In this document: positions 59,475 through 64,000 of the stretch, in pieces
Layout: every line of letters starts with the position of its first letter
Position numbering within the stretch: position 1 is the first letter of the stretch
Assembly (NCBI GenBank): GCA_003693705.1
Contig: RBZT01000729.1
Span: forward strand, 62,001-126,000
Reading direction: 5' to 3'
From: Polymyxa betae A26-41
Lineage: Eukaryota; Protista; Endomyxa: Phytomyxea
DNA length: 64,000 nucleotides
Notes under the pieces: model-generated
Seen by the model: only the letters and a program-made list of their open reading frames with translations
What the model was told of the DNA's origin: nothing
The model's database searches: none
Translations under genes and position numbers: made by a program

Positions 59475-59975
59475 TTATACAGAAACAATATCTTGTTTGC
59501 TTAGACTAGCATTGGAGAAATCCAAGAAGAGTGATATTGCTCGAGCAGAAATCGTTGGGAACGAATATGCAAATATAGCATAAAGCGGCGCCGAATCATC
59601 TGAAGCCTTATATCGGTACAAACAGACTCCTTTGCCGCTTTCACTGTTTCCCGTTCTGCCACAAATCAGACCTGATTCGGGGTGAAATCTAGATTTCAAT
59701 CTAAAAAGCAAGTATAGACAGGCAACAAGCCATAAATACCGATGAACATTGATATGATCGTCCTCAAAATCGATTCCTTTCGTCATAGCTTCTTCTCTGC
59801 CATTAAACAGCGCTATCAAATCGAAAGCTGTCGACTTGGGCAGGGTTGTAGTTCCGAGGATAACGGCACCATCTCCATCGAATATCACCAGCGACGAGAG
59901 CTCATGCGGTAGCGACGTTTGCAGTAGCGCCTTGGCTAACCCGGAGCTGGCACCAGCCACAAGCTCGCCTAACAT
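59475..59975 (-). CDS. Divergent profilin-like protein
   Basis: 'IFDGDG', 'GIDF....VHR', 'ICGR.G...GVCL', terminal amphipathic helix; one in-frame intron likely. Confidence 0.45.
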   Translation of the reverse strand: MLGELVAGASSGLAKALLQTSLPHELSSLVIFDGDGAVILGTTTLPKSTAFDLIALFNGREEAMTKGIDFEDDHINVHRYLWLVACLYLLFRLKSRFHPESGLICGRTGNSESGKGVCLYRYKASDDSAPLYAIFAYSFPTISARAISLFLDFSNASLSKQDIVSV

Positions 59976-60188
59976 GCTCCTATTAGTGTGCGCAGCACGA
60001 ACTAAAGTATTCGCTTATTCAGCAGACAGCAAAAATGCGTCTACTCTGTTATCGACCTTTCGTGGAGATACGAGAAAAAGAATACTGCAAACTAAAACAC
60101 GCAACAGCCTACGCGAACACTCGCAAGGCAAATATTATAGAATTATCAAAAGATGTTGGTTTATCAATTGAGTTGGGACTCCACGAGT

Positions 60189-60908
60189 TTACTTGTGCTT
60201 CTTCTTCTGGATCTTCTTCATGTAGAATTCGAGCTCCTTGCCTTCGATGATGTAGCCGTCGCAACGGCCGCACTGGCCGGGTCGCGACGAGATGCAGGCG
60301 TACAGCCGACCGCTCATGAACTGCTCGGCGACCTTGGAGTCGATGACCGAGGCGGACAGACGAGCCTTCTGCTTCTTCTGGACGGCCTCGCTGACCTTGG
60401 GCAGGTCCTCGGAGGGCTTCTCGTTCTTCTTCAGACCGAGATCCTGGCCGTAGTGCTGGGTGTACCATTGGCGGAAGGGAGTGGCATCGATGGCGACAAT
60501 GCAGCCTGCGATTCGAAATCAAACTCTATCAAACGACCTGCTGTGACATTTTCACCTTTGACCAAAGTCTTGGTACGAACCAATTCGTTGGAGGTGGCGT
60601 TGTAGACGACATCAATGATACGGGTACGCCGGGTGATAACTTCGGATCCCCAGGAGAAGTTTCCGGTTTCCAGACGCAGAGCGCGGAACTTCATGTTGCC
60701 ACCACGACCACGAACCAGATGGATTCTAAGCAATCGTGAATTGGCATAGTTCTAAGAGAGCCAAAGTCGTCATCGAAGCGCACCTCTTCTCGCCGATTTT
60801 GGTGTTGGCGGCCGGGCGACCGAGCTCATATTTGCGCTTCTTCTGGTGGATCTTACGACGACCACCGGTCGCGCGACGCTTGTGGCGGGAGTCACGAGAG
60901 ATACCCAT
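60189..60908 (-). CDS. RPS8: 40S ribosomal protein S8 (eS8)
   Basis: [16 protein letters not shown], '[12 protein letters not shown]', '[11 protein letters not shown]', '[13 protein letters not shown]'; two introns. Confidence 0.99.
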
Positions 60909-60961
60909 GGTCGGCGATCAAGCAATAAGGACTGCGAATTGTCAGAACGACGCTAATGCCA

Positions 60962-60980
60962 AGTCCGTGACGGAGTCCGT
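60962..60980. promoter_or_regulatory. Candidate ribosomal-protein promoter element AGTCCGTGACGGAGTCCGT (RPS8)
   Basis: Identical to the RACK1 19-mer; 53 nt from the RPS8 ATG. Confidence 0.75.
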
Positions 60981-61097
60981 TTTCCACACTAATAGGGCAT
61001 CCTCATATATACCGGACCAATTTTTCACATTTAATTCTGATTTATTCAACAAAATCATCCAAAAAATTCACTTGAATGTGTTCTGCTTATGAGTTAG

Positions 61098-61936
61098 TTA
61101 TACGAATTGGAAATCGCAGGATAGAGGAAGATGGTCGGATCCGAACCTGTTCATGATCCATTCGAAGGAAACTTCCTCGGGAATGGGTTCGATCGCTGCT
61201 GATAGCGAACGTAGTCGCTGACAATGCAGAATGTAATCCAATCGGTGCTTGGCGTTTCTTCTAGGAGAACACCATGTCGGAGCCAGACTTCCTTCAAATG
61301 CGTCCTGCAATGAAATCGCGCTCGGCAGCACGCTTGATATTCGATCTGGAGTCGTATTTAAATCACCACACCATATTATAGCATTGCTGTCGTTATAGTC
61401 TCGTTTGATGATTCTTTCGACTTCCGCAGCTTGCTCTTTGGCTTCAGCACCATATCGCCTCCAGCTTAAATGCAGATTGGCTACAATCAAGCCATGGTTA
61501 TCTGCAGTTCTTAACGCTGCTATCTGCCCAGCACTGCCTTCTTTGCTCCAGACATGAGAGCTAAACTTATATCGATCGAATATGGAATTCCTTCTGATCA
61601 TCATTAGAGTGCCATGGTCGATGGATGCAGTCGTTGGGAAGTTTCTAGCAAGCTCGCTTATATGATATTGGTGATGAAATGAACATCGCAACGATTTAAG
61701 TTCAGTTTCCTGTTTAACTCGATAAGGACTGATGATATAAAGAATGTAGACGAGCATACTTCAACTTCTTGAAGGCATACGATATCTGCCATCGCAGATC
61801 GAATATTTCGATAGATCGCCGGTCGTCTCCGCTCGAAAGCTAGAGCTCGCCCCGGATCGACGATATTTGGATAATAGGCAGGAATGCACCATACATTTGC
61901 TAGAATATTATGACTCAGCAGCCGAAATGATTTCAT
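61098..61936 (-). CDS. Exonuclease-endonuclease-phosphatase (CCR4/nocturnin/Angel-like)
   Basis: 'SHNILA', 'DIVCLQEV', 'NLHL', 'CGDLN', 'LDYI', 'SDHLPL'; one intron. Confidence 0.88.
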
Positions 61937-62094
61937 CAAAGCTGTGCAAAAGATCGGATCGGAGGAGATGGTCGTGTCGTCCAGCGCAACATCATAACAA
62001 TGACAAGTTCAAAGGCGAAATTTTGCGGTTGGAAACCGCCAAGATTTTTGTTCTGCAAGCTTGAACTGGAATATTGCCTGATTTCGAACGAATG

Positions 62095-62592
62095 CTATGA
62101 TGTATTCGATTCATCTAGGTTGTCGTCGGGTTCATATATGGAGGCATTAGCGAATTCGGCGAGATCGAATCTGGCGGGCTCTTCGCTGCTGCTCGAATCT
62201 TCCTGCCGGCTAAAGCACAGATCTTCTCGGTTGACGACGACGACTTTGGGCGGCATTGTGAATTGAACGTGCGAATTCGGGATCGTTGGCTTTCTCCTAA
62301 CTTGATCGGGATTCTTCAGGCAGCTTGCAGCCCGGGTTTTAACAATCCCTGACGAGATCGTATTATCTAAATACGATTTGATTGAAGGGGCGGATATCTC
62401 TGGATTGGAAAGACCATCGAGGCGAAATTTCTCACTGAACCATCGGGCTAGCCAGCCTGAACGAACGCTCTGGCTGGGTCTGAGTTCACTAGTTCTGCGT
62501 TTAGTCCTGATCTTGCCATTATCGGCCGAATCGAGATTACTGAGATCGGCAGTAGGGAGCGGCGTCCCGGCTCCTATCGTCGCTCGCGGCAT
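62095..62592 (-). CDS. Hypothetical disordered protein
   Basis: ~165-aa ORF, no family recognised. Confidence 0.4.
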   Translation of the reverse strand: MPRATIGAGTPLPTADLSNLDSADNGKIRTKRRTSELRPSQSVRSGWLARWFSEKFRLDGLSNPEISAPSIKSYLDNTISSGIVKTRAASCLKNPDQVRRKPTIPNSHVQFTMPPKVVVVNREDLCFSRQEDSSSSEEPARFDLAEFANASIYEPDDNLDESNTS

Positions 62593-62992
62593 GAGTGGAA
62601 TGAGCGCCAAGTGTTGTCAGATTCGCCGTTATTATGTAAGGACGGCGTTCCCTTCAATGCAATCAAAGCGCCACTTATAGTTAAGTGAATAAGTCGATTG
62701 GGGGCCTGTCTTTAAACTTAGGCCAAACCGGATCGGGTGATGGGTTCATCAAGCCTCCATGGAGAATCTCCTCCGAAGGATCCACCAAAAGCTAGTTCCT
62801 AACGCCCTTTCAGAAAAATCTAGGGGGCATGCGATCGATTTATCACAGGATGATTTTGAAAGTTTTTGAAATAACGGGACTCTAGAAAAGGAAAGGAAGA
62901 GCGGCCAAAATTGTATTGCTAAATTGGACGAATGCTAAATATCATTATGTGCCTAAATTTAGTGAAGACGAAATGTACAAATAGATAGAGGA

Positions 62993-63373
62993 TTATAATC
63001 TGGTCTCTCCTTGACGGGCGCTGGGAGGAAGCCCAGTTTCAGGATCCGTGCCTAAAGGTCGACGAAACAGCAATATATGTGGCTCCTACAGATCGTGATT
63101 CGAGAAAAAACACAATAACAAAAAGCATCAACATACTGGACGATGAATCTCGTAATGGACCCAACCACGGCTTTGCTGAACGCCAAGGCCTCGCCATTCT
63201 TTCTCGCTCAGGATTCGAGGTGGGCCGATCGAATTGGTTAAGTCTTTGGGCAATATAACATGACTATATTTAAAGTTAGAAGGCATCGTTCCATCGCAGA
63301 CGATGACGACGAACCGGTACTCGTACTCGTCATCGCAGTACTTCTCTGAATACTCAATCTCGTTGGACGGCAT
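62993..63373 (-). CDS. CKS1: Cyclin-dependent kinase regulatory subunit CKS1
   Basis: 'YSEKY.DDEYEYR|HVILP', '[19 protein letters not shown]|EPHILLFRR'. Confidence 0.97.
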
Positions 63374-63742
63374 CGGAGTGGATACCTCGCTGTGGATGCG
63401 TCAGAACGCGCTGAGACCAAGCCCACGCACCAGATGGGGATTCGTCTAAAACCTAATACTGGAAGGCAGCCGAGACTGACGAATTATGAGTCGACAGCAA
63501 CTGTGCTGGGAGTGGCAACCGCAGCGATTGTAACAATAACAAGTATAATATCAAGATTCGAGCGCGAACGCGACTGCGCACATTTGTATTCAGGGCAACT
63601 TCGTTCTTCATTCATCCTACCATACAAACTGGATTCGTACAAGATACCAATACAGAAAAGATGCTGTAGTTGCTGTTCTTCTAAAGTGGGACAAAAACGT
63701 AAAGGATTGACGAGTCGATTTAACAAGCATATGCGCACCAAT

Positions 63743-64000
63743 CTATTGTTGGGGTGGTGGTGGATACATGTGAGGAGCAGGGGGATGTGCAGGTGGAGGA
63801 GGAGGGTACCCGTAATTATCGTAGCCACCAGCATAGCCGTATGGAGGATTGGGATACCCGTAGGGAGCAGCAGGAGGTGGTGGCGGATAATAGCCATTCG
63901 ATTGATTCCATGGTTGACCGGCAGCAGGAGGTGGCGGCGGTTGCATTCCATAAGGTCCCGGGCCTGGTGGAGGCGGAGGCGGCTCCCATGACTGAGGTTG
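63743..64000 (-). CDS. Pro/Tyr/Gly-rich C-terminus of a gene extending beyond the window
   Basis: PPPPP and GYPNPPYGY low-complexity tail ending at stop 63743. Confidence 0.6.
   Translation of the reverse strand, partial: QPQSWEPPPPPPGPGPYGMQPPPPPAAGQPWNQSNGYYPPPPPAAPYGYPNPPYGYAGGYDNYGYPPPPPAHPPAPHMYPPPPQQ

Noticed and set aside
1-64000. tRNA, rRNA, snRNA genes, transposases, alternative genetic code
   Set aside because: No cloverleaf, rRNA, snRNA, RT or DDE signatures seen; conserved genes translate with the standard code once introns are removed.

Overview
Gene-dense eukaryotic nuclear DNA, not prokaryotic: about 40 protein-coding genes, many split by short (~45-55 nt) GT-AG introns, with very short intergenic spacers. 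Flagellar genes (DRC10-like, axonemal dynein light-chain domain), AP-5 zeta-like, G-alpha, SAM50, RACK1, RPL15, RPS8, CDK8, CKS1, UTP4 and TTTAGGG-type repeats point to a compact-genome flagellated protist. A plasmodiophorid/phytomyxid rhizarian is my best guess, by inference only. An ~8 kb accessory-looking island (8.9-17 kb), bounded by minisatellites, carries two paralogous secreted proteins built from a repeated ~45-aa helical 'SEW' domain I do not recognise. The strongest non-coding signals are: (i) a palindromic element (AGTCCGTGACGGAGTCCGT, core ACGGAGTCCGT) 35-55 nt upstream of all three ribosomal-protein genes, with a second shared element TAGGGCCNNGTCCATA; (ii) two 52-nt introns whose branch-point zone is made of telomeric CCCTAA(A) repeats; (iii) two minisatellites sharing a CCCCATYATGGG palindrome. 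Exon boundaries were read by eye and some are approximate. No database search was run.
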